Positions 1 through 8,291 of a stretch of DNA of 40,507 nt are shown in pieces (position 1 is the stretch's first letter; each line of letters begins with the position of its first letter). Source of the stretch: an uncultured Chlorobiaceae bacterium (GTDB lineage: Bacteria; Bacteroidota; Chlorobiia; Chlorobiales; Chlorobiaceae); NCBI GenBank assembly GCA_964476855.1, contig CAYZCF010000004.1:1-40507 (forward strand), read 5' to 3'. The position numbers and the translations under genes are program-made. The notes under the pieces were generated by a model. It was not told the origin of the DNA and searched no databases. It was given only the letters and a program-made list of their open reading frames with translations.

Positions 1-1
1 C

Positions 2-364
2 GACAACGCCGACGCGCTTATCCGCGCCATCGCGGAGGGGACGGGCGCGGAGGTCATCGCCATCTCCGCGCTCAAGGGCGACGGCATCGACGCGCTGAAG
101 CAGCACATGGGCGATCTCGTCAAAAACCTCGACAAGCTGCACGAAGCGAGCGTGCTCGTCACCAGCCTGCGCCACTACGAAGCGCTCCGCAACGCCTCGG
201 ACGCGCTGCAAAACGCCCTCGAACTCATCGCCCGCGAGTCGGAAACCGAACTCATCGCCTTCGAACTCCGCAGCGCCCTCGACTACGTCGGCGAAATCAC
301 CGGCAAGGTCGTCAACGAAGAGGTGCTCAATACGATTTTTGATCGGTTTTGCATCGGGAAATAG
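2..364 (+). CDS. mnmE: tRNA modification GTPase MnmE/TrmE, C-terminal part (5' end lies outside the window)
   Basis: Frame is open from base 2 (…VIAISALKGDGIDALK…). It ends with the diagnostic GEITG…EVLNTIFDRFCIGK* C-terminus. Confidence 0.95.
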   Translation, partial: DNADALIRAIAEGTGAEVIAISALKGDGIDALKQHMGDLVKNLDKLHEASVLVTSLRHYEALRNASDALQNALELIARESETELIAFELRSALDYVGEITGKVVNEEVLNTIFDRFCIGK

Positions 365-396
365 TCAGAGAAATATCCTCAACGTATTGTCATGAT

Positions 397-894
397 ATGA
401 TTATGCTCGTTTGTGATTTCAAAACTACCTGCCTGAGCTGGGCCAACGTCGATGACGTCGTGATGGGCGGCGTGTCGGATAGCGCGATGCGGCTGAATCC
501 CGACGGAGGCGCGACCTTCAGCGGCAATCTGTCGCTGGAAAACTCCGGCGGTTTCGCTTCGGTGCGCACGGTGCTTGAGCATCGGAATTACGACGGATTT
601 GCCGGATTCCGGATCAGGGTGAAGGGCGACGGCAAGCGGTACAGCTTCAGGGCGAGAAACGACGACCGGTTCGACGGGGTCTTCTATAAATTCGACTTCG
701 ACACCGTTCCTGACGAGTGGATGGAGATCGAGTTGCCGTTTTCAGCTTTCGTTCCCACATTTCGCGGCAGAACGCTCGTCGATGTTCCGCCGCTCGACAG
801 CGCCAACATCGCGCAGATAGGCCTGCTCATCTCGAACAGGCAAGCGGGCGAGTTCCGGCTGGAGGTTGACCGGATCGAGGCGTACCGGGCGTGA
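397..894 (+). CDS. CIA30 family protein (complex I intermediate-associated protein 30 / NDUFAF1-like)
   Basis: Motifs W.NVDDVVMGGVSDS, GNLSLENSGGFASVR, GDGKRY and F.PTFRGR. Start is more likely ATG 397 or 403 than the track start, which overlaps mnmE. Confidence 0.88.
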   Translation: MIMLVCDFKTTCLSWANVDDVVMGGVSDSAMRLNPDGGATFSGNLSLENSGGFASVRTVLEHRNYDGFAGFRIRVKGDGKRYSFRARNDDRFDGVFYKFDFDTVPDEWMEIELPFSAFVPTFRGRTLVDVPPLDSANIAQIGLLISNRQAGEFRLEVDRIEAYRA

Positions 895-936
895 GGTGGC
901 AGGCATGAACGGTAAATTGAAATCGGGAGGCGTTTT

Positions 937-2070
937 ATGAAATTTGAATCTTTCATAGCCGGTCGATGGGAGACCCGCTATCAGTATAAAAGCTTTGAGC
1001 CAGTACCTGTCAATCATGAATGGAGCTGGGAAGACCCGACGATTAACGCGCTGCTTGAGCAGGCGACCCGTGCTCTTGGCGAGTTGAATGCATTTTCTCT
1101 GATTGTCCCGGATATCGACCTTTTTATCGAGATGCATGTTGTCAAGGAAGCACAGACTTCAAGCAAGATCGAGGGAACCCGAACCGGTATCGACGAGGCG
1201 TTGTTGCCTGAAGAGCAGATTCTTCCGGAAAAAAGGGATGACTGGCGTGAAGTCCGGAATTACATTGAGGCGGTCAACACCGCCATTGAATCCCTGACGG
1301 CCCTGCCGTTGTCCAATCGCTTGCTCAAGCAAACCCATTCGATTTTGATGGATGGCGTTCGTGGAGAACGCAAGCAGCCGGGTGAATTCAGAATCAGCCA
1401 GAACTGGATCGGCGGTTCCAGCCTGAGCGATGCGACCTTTATTCCTCCTCACCCGGAAGGCGTGGCTGAGTTGATGAGTGATCTGGAAAAGTTCTGGCAT
1501 AATACTCAAATCGTCGTGCCTCACTTGGTGCGGATTGCGATCAGCCATTACCAGTTTGAGACGATTCATCCTTTTCTGGACGGCAATGGCCGCATCGGAC
1601 GCCTGCTCATTCCTCTCTATCTGGTCAGCCAGGGTCTGCTTGCAAAGCCATCGCTGTACCTTTCAGATTTTTTCGAGCGAAATCGATCCAGCTATTATGA
1701 TGCGCTCATGAAGGTCAGAGTCAGCAATGACCTCATTCACTGGGTACGGTTTTTTCTCAATGGCGTAGCTCAAACAGCAACGAAGGGACGGGATGTTTTT
1801 CGGCAGATTTTAGCACTTCGTACCGAGGTCGAACACTCATTGCTCTCAATGGGGAAGCGCGCTCCTACAGCACGACAGGCGTTAAACCTGCTGTATCGCA
1901 AGCCCATTGTTTCCGCGGCTGATCTTGAGCAGGCTATTCATGTCAGTACTCCAACAGCCAATGCCTTGATTCGAACATTGATCGGCAAGGGCATCCTGAG
2001 AGAGATTACAGGTCAGCAACGGGGGCGGGTGTATGTCTTTGATCGTTACCTTAACCTGTTTCTTAGTTAA
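937..2070 (+). CDS. Fic family protein (class II: N-terminal inhibitory helix, Fic domain, C-terminal winged HTH)
   Basis: Canonical Fic motif HPFLDGNGRIGR, inhibitory motif SSKIEG, and a wHTH-like C-terminus (STPTANALIRTLIGKGILREITGQQRGRVY). GGGAGG RBS upstream. Confidence 0.93.
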   Translation: MKFESFIAGRWETRYQYKSFEPVPVNHEWSWEDPTINALLEQATRALGELNAFSLIVPDIDLFIEMHVVKEAQTSSKIEGTRTGIDEALLPEEQILPEKRDDWREVRNYIEAVNTAIESLTALPLSNRLLKQTHSILMDGVRGERKQPGEFRISQNWIGGSSLSDATFIPPHPEGVAELMSDLEKFWHNTQIVVPHLVRIAISHYQFETIHPFLDGNGRIGRLLIPLYLVSQGLLAKPSLYLSDFFERNRSSYYDALMKVRVSNDLIHWVRFFLNGVAQTATKGRDVFRQILALRTEVEHSLLSMGKRAPTARQALNLLYRKPIVSAADLEQAIHVSTPTANALIRTLIGKGILREITGQQRGRVYVFDRYLNLFLS

Positions 2071-2096
2071 GGAAAAGAGTTTTTCCTTAACTAAGA
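2061..2096. repeat. Perfect 16-bp inverted repeat overlapping the fic stop codon
   Basis: TCTTAGTTAAGGAAAA-gagt-TTTTCCTTAACTAAGA, read directly. Confidence 0.9.
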
Positions 2097-2189
2097 GTGC
2101 GGCGAAGGTAAAGAACTACCTGTGAAGCGCCTCTCTGCCGAGATGTCTGCCGCCCCCCTCAATGGCACGAGGCGTAGCTCGCTGTCGTG

Positions 2190-2433
2190 AGGCGTGCTCC
2201 TTCCAGGCTGGCGCTCTTTTTCAGGTATGAGAGAATCAGCTCACGGTTGACGCCAAAAAGATGGCAGCGCGAAGAGGATGCCGAAGACGATGTGCTGGTT
2301 CAGCCAGGCGGGTCTGGTGAGTCCGCCGAACTCTGGAACGCTGCTGAAGCTGGTGGCTTTTCGCCGGTTGAATGCGGGGGCATCGTCTGTTGGGGTTAAC
2401 GCCGTTATCGGTCGCTTTCCCGCTTTTCGACAT
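2190..2433 (-). pseudogene. Frameshifted remnant of a DUF4405-like small membrane protein
   Basis: Three minus-strand frames give successive segments MSKSGK…, FNRRKATSF…GLTRPAWLNQHIVFGILF and FGVNRELILSYLKK. These resemble DUF4405 proteins by recollection; no search was run. Confidence 0.45.
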
Positions 2434-2471
2434 TCGTCATGCCGGAAACCTGCGCCGTCAATTCCTTTCGG

Positions 2472-3164
2472 CTACTCGAAGCACCACGCTTCGTGCCATA
2501 TCTGCTTCTCCAGTCTCCGGCACTTCGTGAATCCTGCGCTCAGGGCAAGGGTCTGGAGGAGGGACGGGGTTTCCGGGAAGTCGCAGCTCCTGATGTGCTC
2601 CTGCACCTGGTTCCGTTCGTCAAGGCTCAGCGCGTCCCATTGCATCCGCACCGTCCGGTTGTAACGGTAGAGATACTCCTGCCGCGCCTGTCCTTCGTCG
2701 CGCATGACATCCACAAGAATCACGCAGCCGTTGTCGCGCAGGGCGCGGCGGCATTCGTCGAAAAACACCTGCTTCTCCTCCGTGGCCAGGTGGTGCAGGG
2801 CGTAGCTGGAGTAGATGATGTCGAAATGGTTGGCGGGCGATTCGCGCAACACGGCGAGCATATCCTTGCAGAGCAGATTGACGGGAATGCCGCCGAATGG
2901 CGCGAGCATCGAGCCGACATCGTCGAGGGCGTAGGGGGAGAGGTCGCAGCCACAATATTCGGCGAGCTGGCCGGGCTTGAGGATTTTCGAGATATGCGAG
3001 GCGTCGCCGCAGCCGAGGTCGAGCAGGCGCAGTGGGCCGGTCCTTGTTGCGATCAGTTGGGCGACCGCCGCTGTTATCTCCCGGTGAAACATGAGGTTGT
3101 GGCTGATGACTTTCTGATAGGTTCCCCAGGTTTTGCGGAAGATCGTGATCGGGTCTGCACTCAT
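2472..3164 (-). CDS. Class I SAM-dependent methyltransferase
   Basis: Motif I LLDLGCGD, post-I YCGCDLS, FDIIYSSYALHHL. Confidence 0.88.
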   Translation of the reverse strand: MSADPITIFRKTWGTYQKVISHNLMFHREITAAVAQLIATRTGPLRLLDLGCGDASHISKILKPGQLAEYCGCDLSPYALDDVGSMLAPFGGIPVNLLCKDMLAVLRESPANHFDIIYSSYALHHLATEEKQVFFDECRRALRDNGCVILVDVMRDEGQARQEYLYRYNRTVRMQWDALSLDERNQVQEHIRSCDFPETPSLLQTLALSAGFTKCRRLEKQIWHEAWCFE

Positions 3165-3401
3165 GATGAAAAATTCGGGATGATCGGCCGGCGTTGTAAC
3201 GGAATGCGCAAGTTACAAAAATGTAGCGCATCGAAAACCATGAATGCTCTGGCCGATCTCGCCTGCGCTGCATCGGTGGCCGATACGGACGGAATCTGAA
3301 CGAAAGCCTTATATTCGCCGGGAGGTTTCTTTGTGCCTTCCGCGGCCTTCTGGCATCCCGTGATTCCTCGGGCCGCGCGATAATTTCCGGAAAACCCTTC
3401 T

Positions 3402-5087
3402 ATGTCCGAACGCCCCTGGCTCCGTCATTACGATGATGGCGTGCCGCATACTCTTGCGCCCTACCCGGCGATTACCATGCTCGATCTTCTTCGCGACAGC
3501 GCACGGGAGCGCCCCGGCGATGAGGCCTTTCTGTTCATGGGAAGCTCGATCTCCTGGCGCGATCTCGAGCTGAAAAGCAGCGCGTTCGCCTCGGCGCTGC
3601 GAGCGCAAGGCGTCGGCAAGGGCGACCGGGTGGCGGTGCTGATGCCCAATTCGCCGCAGATGATCGTCGCCGAGTTCGGCATCTGGAAGGCGGGCGGCAT
3701 CGTGGTGCTGCTCAATCCGCTCTACACGGCGCCGGAACTCGAACGCGCGATTCGCGAGAGCGAGGCTGAAACGGCAGTCGTGCTGACCCTGTTTTACGAA
3801 AAGATCAACCGGATCCGCTCGAATACGCCGCTGAAGCGGGTGATCGTCACCTCCATCAAGGAGTATCTGCCGCCGCTCAAGCGGATGCTCTTCGTCGTGC
3901 TGAAAGAGAGGCGCGACGGGCACCGGATCGTCCTGAAGCCAGGCGACTCGTCGATGGCCGAGGTGATCGAAAACCATGCGGGCAGTCAATCGCCGGCGGT
4001 CGCCGTTTCGCCCGGAGACCCGGCGCTCTTCCTCTTTTCCGGCGGCACCACCGGCAATCCGAAGTGCGTCGTCGGCAGGCACGAAGCGCTCGTCATGACC
4101 GGAATACAGATCAACGCCTGGTTCGACAGCGCGCTTGGCAAAGGCCGGATCGTCATCATGCTCAACCTTCCGCTTTTTCATGTTTTCGCGCAGGTGGCGG
4201 TCATGGCCAGCGGTTTCATCCGCCGCTCGCCGATGGTGCTCATGCCCGATCCTCGCGACATTGGCGCGCTCATCGCGACCATCAAGCGCCGCAAGGTGGA
4301 GATGCTGCCGGGCGTGCCGACGCTCTTCAACGCGCTGGCCGCGCACCCCCGCCTCAGGCGCGATCCCAAAGCGCTGCGCTCCCTGCGGCTGATCGTCTCC
4401 GGCGCTTCGTCGCTGCATCTCGAAACCCGGAACCGCTTCGAGCAGTTGACCGGCGGCTGCATCATCGAAGCGTACGGCCTGACCGAGGCGCTGGCCGCTC
4501 CGGTATTTTTACCGGCGCGAGGGTTGAAAAAGAGCGGCTCCGTCGGCCTGCCCGGCACCGATGTCGAACTCCGCATCGTCGATGCCGAAAAGTGCGACAA
4601 CGTGCTGCCGCCGGGCGAAGTCGGCGAGATTCTCATCCGCTCGCCCCAGAATATGAGCGGCTACTGGAACAATCCCGACGAGACCGCCGCCGTGTTGCGA
4701 GACGGCTGGATTCACACCGGCGACCTCGGCTATCTCGACGATGATGGCTACCTGTTCGTGGTGGATCGCAAGAAGGATGTCATCAAGGCGAGCGGCTTCC
4801 AGATATGGCCGCGCGAGGTCGAGGAGGTGATTTCGCGCCACCCCTCGGTGCTCGAAACCGGCGTGGCCGGAGTGCCCGACGACTACCAGGGCGAAGCGGT
4901 CAAGGCGTGGGTCGTGCTGCGCGAAGGCTGTTCTCTCGAACCTGCCGACCTGAAAGCGTGGTGCCGCAAGGAGCTGGCGGCCTACAAAGTGCCGAAGCAC
5001 ATCGAGTACTGCGACGTGCTGCCGAAATCCGCAGTAGGCAAAGTGCTGCGACGAGTGCTGGTGGAGCGGCACAATGGCGGGAAGTGA
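3402..5087 (+). CDS. Long-chain fatty acid--CoA ligase (AMP-binding adenylation enzyme)
   Basis: AMP-binding motif FSGGTTGNPK, plus YGLTE, GWIHTGDLG, DRKKD and LPKSAVGKVLR. Confidence 0.92.
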   Translation: MSERPWLRHYDDGVPHTLAPYPAITMLDLLRDSARERPGDEAFLFMGSSISWRDLELKSSAFASALRAQGVGKGDRVAVLMPNSPQMIVAEFGIWKAGGIVVLLNPLYTAPELERAIRESEAETAVVLTLFYEKINRIRSNTPLKRVIVTSIKEYLPPLKRMLFVVLKERRDGHRIVLKPGDSSMAEVIENHAGSQSPAVAVSPGDPALFLFSGGTTGNPKCVVGRHEALVMTGIQINAWFDSALGKGRIVIMLNLPLFHVFAQVAVMASGFIRRSPMVLMPDPRDIGALIATIKRRKVEMLPGVPTLFNALAAHPRLRRDPKALRSLRLIVSGASSLHLETRNRFEQLTGGCIIEAYGLTEALAAPVFLPARGLKKSGSVGLPGTDVELRIVDAEKCDNVLPPGEVGEILIRSPQNMSGYWNNPDETAAVLRDGWIHTGDLGYLDDDGYLFVVDRKKDVIKASGFQIWPREVEEVISRHPSVLETGVAGVPDDYQGEAVKAWVVLREGCSLEPADLKAWCRKELAAYKVPKHIEYCDVLPKSAVGKVLRRVLVERHNGGK

Positions 5088-5105
5088 GGGAATGGAAGGA
5101 AAGTA
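5079..5105 (+). repeat. Degenerate purine-rich 9-mer tandem repeat (x3) upstream of mrr
   Basis: GGGAAGTGA GGGAATGGA AGGAAAGTA. Confidence 0.4.
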
Positions 5106-5151
5106 AACTTAAAAATCTCTAAGTTTACTTTTGAGGCTGAAAGTAAACTTA
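5100..5151. repeat. Three identical 12-bp units in alternating orientation with 8-bp spacers (20-bp period), upstream of mrr
   Basis: AAAGTAAACTTA-aaaatctc-TAAGTTTACTTT-tgaggctg-AAAGTAAACTTA at 5100, 5120 and 5140. Confidence 0.9.
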
Positions 5152-5164
5152 GAACCCCTTTGTC

Positions 5165-6082
5165 ATGGCAATCCCGGATTTTCAGTCCGTTATGCTCCCG
5201 GTACTTCGCTTTTGTGGGGATGGCAAGGAGCATACAAACAAAGATGCAGTAGAGTGCTTGGCATCCGAATTCAGATTGACTCCGGAGGAGAAAAAAGAAT
5301 ATCTGCCAAGTGGTCGGCAGCGTGTTTTTGATAACCGGATTGCCTGGGCTCGCGCCTATTTGAAAATGGCTCTTCTCATTGAAAATACTCGCCGAGGAGT
5401 TTTCCGTATTACCGAAAGAGGACGACGGGTACTGATAGAGCAGCCTGAAAAACTGAATTTGGCCTATTTGAGACGGTTTCCCGAATTTGCTGATAACAGA
5501 ATCTCGCAACAACAAAAAGCTCTGAGCAGCAGGGAAGATGATGAAGATATTCAGGAGAAGAAAACCCCCAGAGAACTCCTTGAAGAGGCTTATATGATTC
5601 TTCGGGAAAATCTTGCAGAGGAATTGCTATCACAACTAAAAGCAGCATCACCAGCCTTTTTCGAAAAAGTTGCTATCGATGTTCTTGTCAGAATGGGATA
5701 TGGTGGTTCGGTAAAAGAGGTTGAGGCGGCAGTGACTGGAAAGAGTGGCGATGAAGGTATCGATGGCGTCATCAAAGAAGATCGTCTTGGTCTCGATGTT
5801 ATCTATGTTCAGGCAAAACGTTGGACTTCGACGGTTTCTCGTCCGGAAATACAAAAATTTGCTGGCGCCTTGCAAGGCAAACGTGCTCGTAAAGGAGTAT
5901 TTATAACTACATCGGATTTCTCGAAAAGCGCCAGTGAGTATGTTTCAGCTATCGAGAGTAAGATTATTCTCGTTGATGGGCGACAGTTAGTCGAGTTCAT
6001 GATCGATTTCGAAGTTGGTGTCTCATCTGATGGCAATTACGTGCTGAAACGTCTTGATTCAGACTATTTCGAAGAGGGCTAA
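5165..6082 (+). CDS. mrr: Mrr family (type IV, modification-dependent) restriction endonuclease
   Basis: Mrr N-terminal wHTH (MAIPDFQSVMLPVL…LPSGRQRVFDNRIAWARAYL) and catalytic domain GDEGIDG…IYVQAKRW…GVFITTSDF. Visibly AT-richer than its neighbours. Confidence 0.93.
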   Translation: MAIPDFQSVMLPVLRFCGDGKEHTNKDAVECLASEFRLTPEEKKEYLPSGRQRVFDNRIAWARAYLKMALLIENTRRGVFRITERGRRVLIEQPEKLNLAYLRRFPEFADNRISQQQKALSSREDDEDIQEKKTPRELLEEAYMILRENLAEELLSQLKAASPAFFEKVAIDVLVRMGYGGSVKEVEAAVTGKSGDEGIDGVIKEDRLGLDVIYVQAKRWTSTVSRPEIQKFAGALQGKRARKGVFITTSDFSKSASEYVSAIESKIILVDGRQLVEFMIDFEVGVSSDGNYVLKRLDSDYFEEG

Positions 6083-6091
6083 ATATTTATT

Positions 6092-6118
6092 GTCCTTGCA
6101 GACCCTGAAGTCCCTGAT
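6092..6118 (+). repeat. Degenerate 9-mer tandem repeat (x3) downstream of mrr
   Basis: GTCCTTGCA GACCCTGAA GTCCCTGAT. Confidence 0.5.
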
Positions 6119-6126
6119 TTTTCCCC

Positions 6127-7326
6127 ATGACCCTCGATGAACTCCACAGCCTCTTCGATCCGCAGGTGCTTGCGCTGATCGATGCTCACGCGGGCGACGA
6201 TCCGGCGGCGTTTGCGATGCGCTTTCACGGGCGGAGCGATCTGCCGGTGCGGGCGATGGCGGAGCAGATTGCGTGCCGGAAGAAGGCCGCCGTGAAGCTG
6301 CCGTCGCTGTCGCGCTTTCCGCTGCTTTACACCCGCCTCGCGCTCGAACAGGCTTCCGGCGAGCGGGCGGCGGAGTGGAAGGCGTCGCTCATGCAGGGGC
6401 GGCGGGCGATCGATCTGACGGGTGGCCTCGGCATCGATACGCTGTTCCTCGCCCGGCGCTTCGAGCACGTCGTGTCGTGCGAGCGAAGCGAGGTGCTGTC
6501 ACGGCTGGCCGAGGCGAACCGGCGCGTGATGGGCGTCGCGAATGTCGAAACGCGCATCGGCGACAGCGAGGAGCTGCTTGCCGGATATGCCGACGATTCG
6601 TTCGACTGGCTCCTGGTCGATCCGGCGCGGCGGGAGCATGGCGGGCGCTCCGCCGGACTGACGGCGTCGAGTCCCGACGTGGTGCGCCTGCACGATCTCA
6701 TGCTTCGCAAGGCCGCGAAGGCGTGCATCAAGGCGTCGCCCGCGCTCGAAATCAGCGGCCTCGAAACACAGCTTCCGTCACTCTTCGAAGTGATCGTGCT
6801 CTCGGTCGATGGCGAGTGCAAGGAGGTGCTGCTCCTGCTCGACCGCGAGCATGTCGCCGGAAAGAGGCCCGGCATCCGCGCGGTGTGTTTCGGCAAGGAA
6901 CCGTTCGAGATCGCGTCGTCCGGTGACGAGCCGCCTGATCGCGCGGTGGCGGAGGCGCCCGGCGCGTGGCTCTACGAGCCGGATGCGGCCATCATCAAGG
7001 CGCGGCTCACCGGCGAGCTTGCGCGGCAAATGCAGCTCGAATTCCTGAATTTCTCGGTTGATTATCTCACGTCGGATAAGCTGATCGAACCATTTCCCGG
7101 CAGGAGCTTCCGGATCGAGGAGTTCCGCCCGTTCAGGCCGAAAAGTTTCCGGAAGGAGCTGGCAGAATTGGGCATCACGAACGCCGCCATTCAGCGGCGC
7201 GACTTTCCGCTCTCCGTCGAGGAGCTGCGCAAGCGGTACAAGATCGGGGAGAGCAGTGAACGGTTTCTCTTTTTCACAAAGGATGCTTCGGGCGACCTCA
7301 TCTGGCTTTCGTGCCGCAAGGCGTAA
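6127..7326 (+). CDS. Class I SAM-dependent methyltransferase with C-terminal THUMP-like domain
   Basis: ALEQASGE, IDLTGGLGIDT, VDPARR, KASP, LYEPDAAIIKA and FPGR motifs, typical of this Bacteroidota/Chlorobi family. Confidence 0.85.
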   Translation: MTLDELHSLFDPQVLALIDAHAGDDPAAFAMRFHGRSDLPVRAMAEQIACRKKAAVKLPSLSRFPLLYTRLALEQASGERAAEWKASLMQGRRAIDLTGGLGIDTLFLARRFEHVVSCERSEVLSRLAEANRRVMGVANVETRIGDSEELLAGYADDSFDWLLVDPARREHGGRSAGLTASSPDVVRLHDLMLRKAAKACIKASPALEISGLETQLPSLFEVIVLSVDGECKEVLLLLDREHVAGKRPGIRAVCFGKEPFEIASSGDEPPDRAVAEAPGAWLYEPDAAIIKARLTGELARQMQLEFLNFSVDYLTSDKLIEPFPGRSFRIEEFRPFRPKSFRKELAELGITNAAIQRRDFPLSVEELRKRYKIGESSERFLFFTKDASGDLIWLSCRKA

Positions 7327-7334
7327 TTGCCGCG

Positions 7335-8282
7335 TCAGTTCTGGTTCCGCAGGTGCTGAAGCTCCTGCTGCGCCATGCCGTAGCGCAGCCCCTGGATGCT
7401 CACCGTCACTGCGCCGACGCCGAGCATCCGCATGAACTGGCGCAGGATGAGCGTGCCCATCGTGAAGACGTCGGCGCGCCCCTCCGGAATGCCGAGCGCC
7501 ACGATCTCGTCGAGCCTCATCGCGCGGAGCCGGTCGAGCAATTCGTGCACCGCATCGTATTCGAGCTGGAAGCCCTGCACCCGCCCGGCGTCGAAATGCT
7601 TGTCGCCGAGGCATACCTGCGCGATGGTGGTCAACGTGCCCGCCACGCCGAACACCTGCTGGCGGCCCGCGAAGAATGGCGGCAGGCTTTTTGCGAGATG
7701 CCGGTCGATCTCCTGCCGCGCCGCCTCGAACTCCTCCGGTGATGGCGGAATCGAGGTGCAGAAGCGTTCGGTCATCCGCACCGAGCCGATGTTCATGCTG
7801 ACCGCGCTTTCAACCTTCTCGACCGTGCCCATGATGATTTCGGTACTGCCGCCGCCGATGTCGATCACCGTGAAGGGCTCCTGCACCGACTCCAGCCCGG
7901 CCACCGCGCCAAAGAAGGTGAGCGCGGCCTCCTCCTCGCCGCTGATGCAGCGGATTTCGATGCCGGTCGCGCTCTTCACCGTCTCGATGATTTCGTCACG
8001 ATTGGCCGCGTCGCGCAGGGCGCTCGTTCCGGCGGCGATGATGCGCTGCACGCCGAGTTCGCCGCAGAGGTCGCGATACTCCGACAGGCAGGCGGTCAGC
8101 CGGTCGAGCGCCTCCGGGCGGATGATGCGCCGCTCATCGACATTCTGGCCGAGGCGCACGATGGTCTGGCGGTGAGCGACTGTCACGATCCGGCCCGTCG
8201 CGGGTTCGAGGTCGGCCACCAGCAGCAGCGCCGTGTTGGTGCCGACGTCTATGCAGGCGATGTGTTCAGTGGCGTTTGGCAT
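7335..8282 (-). CDS. ppx: Ppx/GppA family exopolyphosphatase / pppGpp phosphatase (short form)
   Basis: ACIDVGTNT, TSALRDAAN, ISGEEEA, DIGGGSTE and GLRYG motifs. Confidence 0.9.
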   Translation of the reverse strand: MPNATEHIACIDVGTNTALLLVADLEPATGRIVTVAHRQTIVRLGQNVDERRIIRPEALDRLTACLSEYRDLCGELGVQRIIAAGTSALRDAANRDEIIETVKSATGIEIRCISGEEEAALTFFGAVAGLESVQEPFTVIDIGGGSTEIIMGTVEKVESAVSMNIGSVRMTERFCTSIPPSPEEFEAARQEIDRHLAKSLPPFFAGRQQVFGVAGTLTTIAQVCLGDKHFDAGRVQGFQLEYDAVHELLDRLRAMRLDEIVALGIPEGRADVFTMGTLILRQFMRMLGVGAVTVSIQGLRYGMAQQELQHLRNQN

Positions 8283-8291
8283 TATCGTCGA

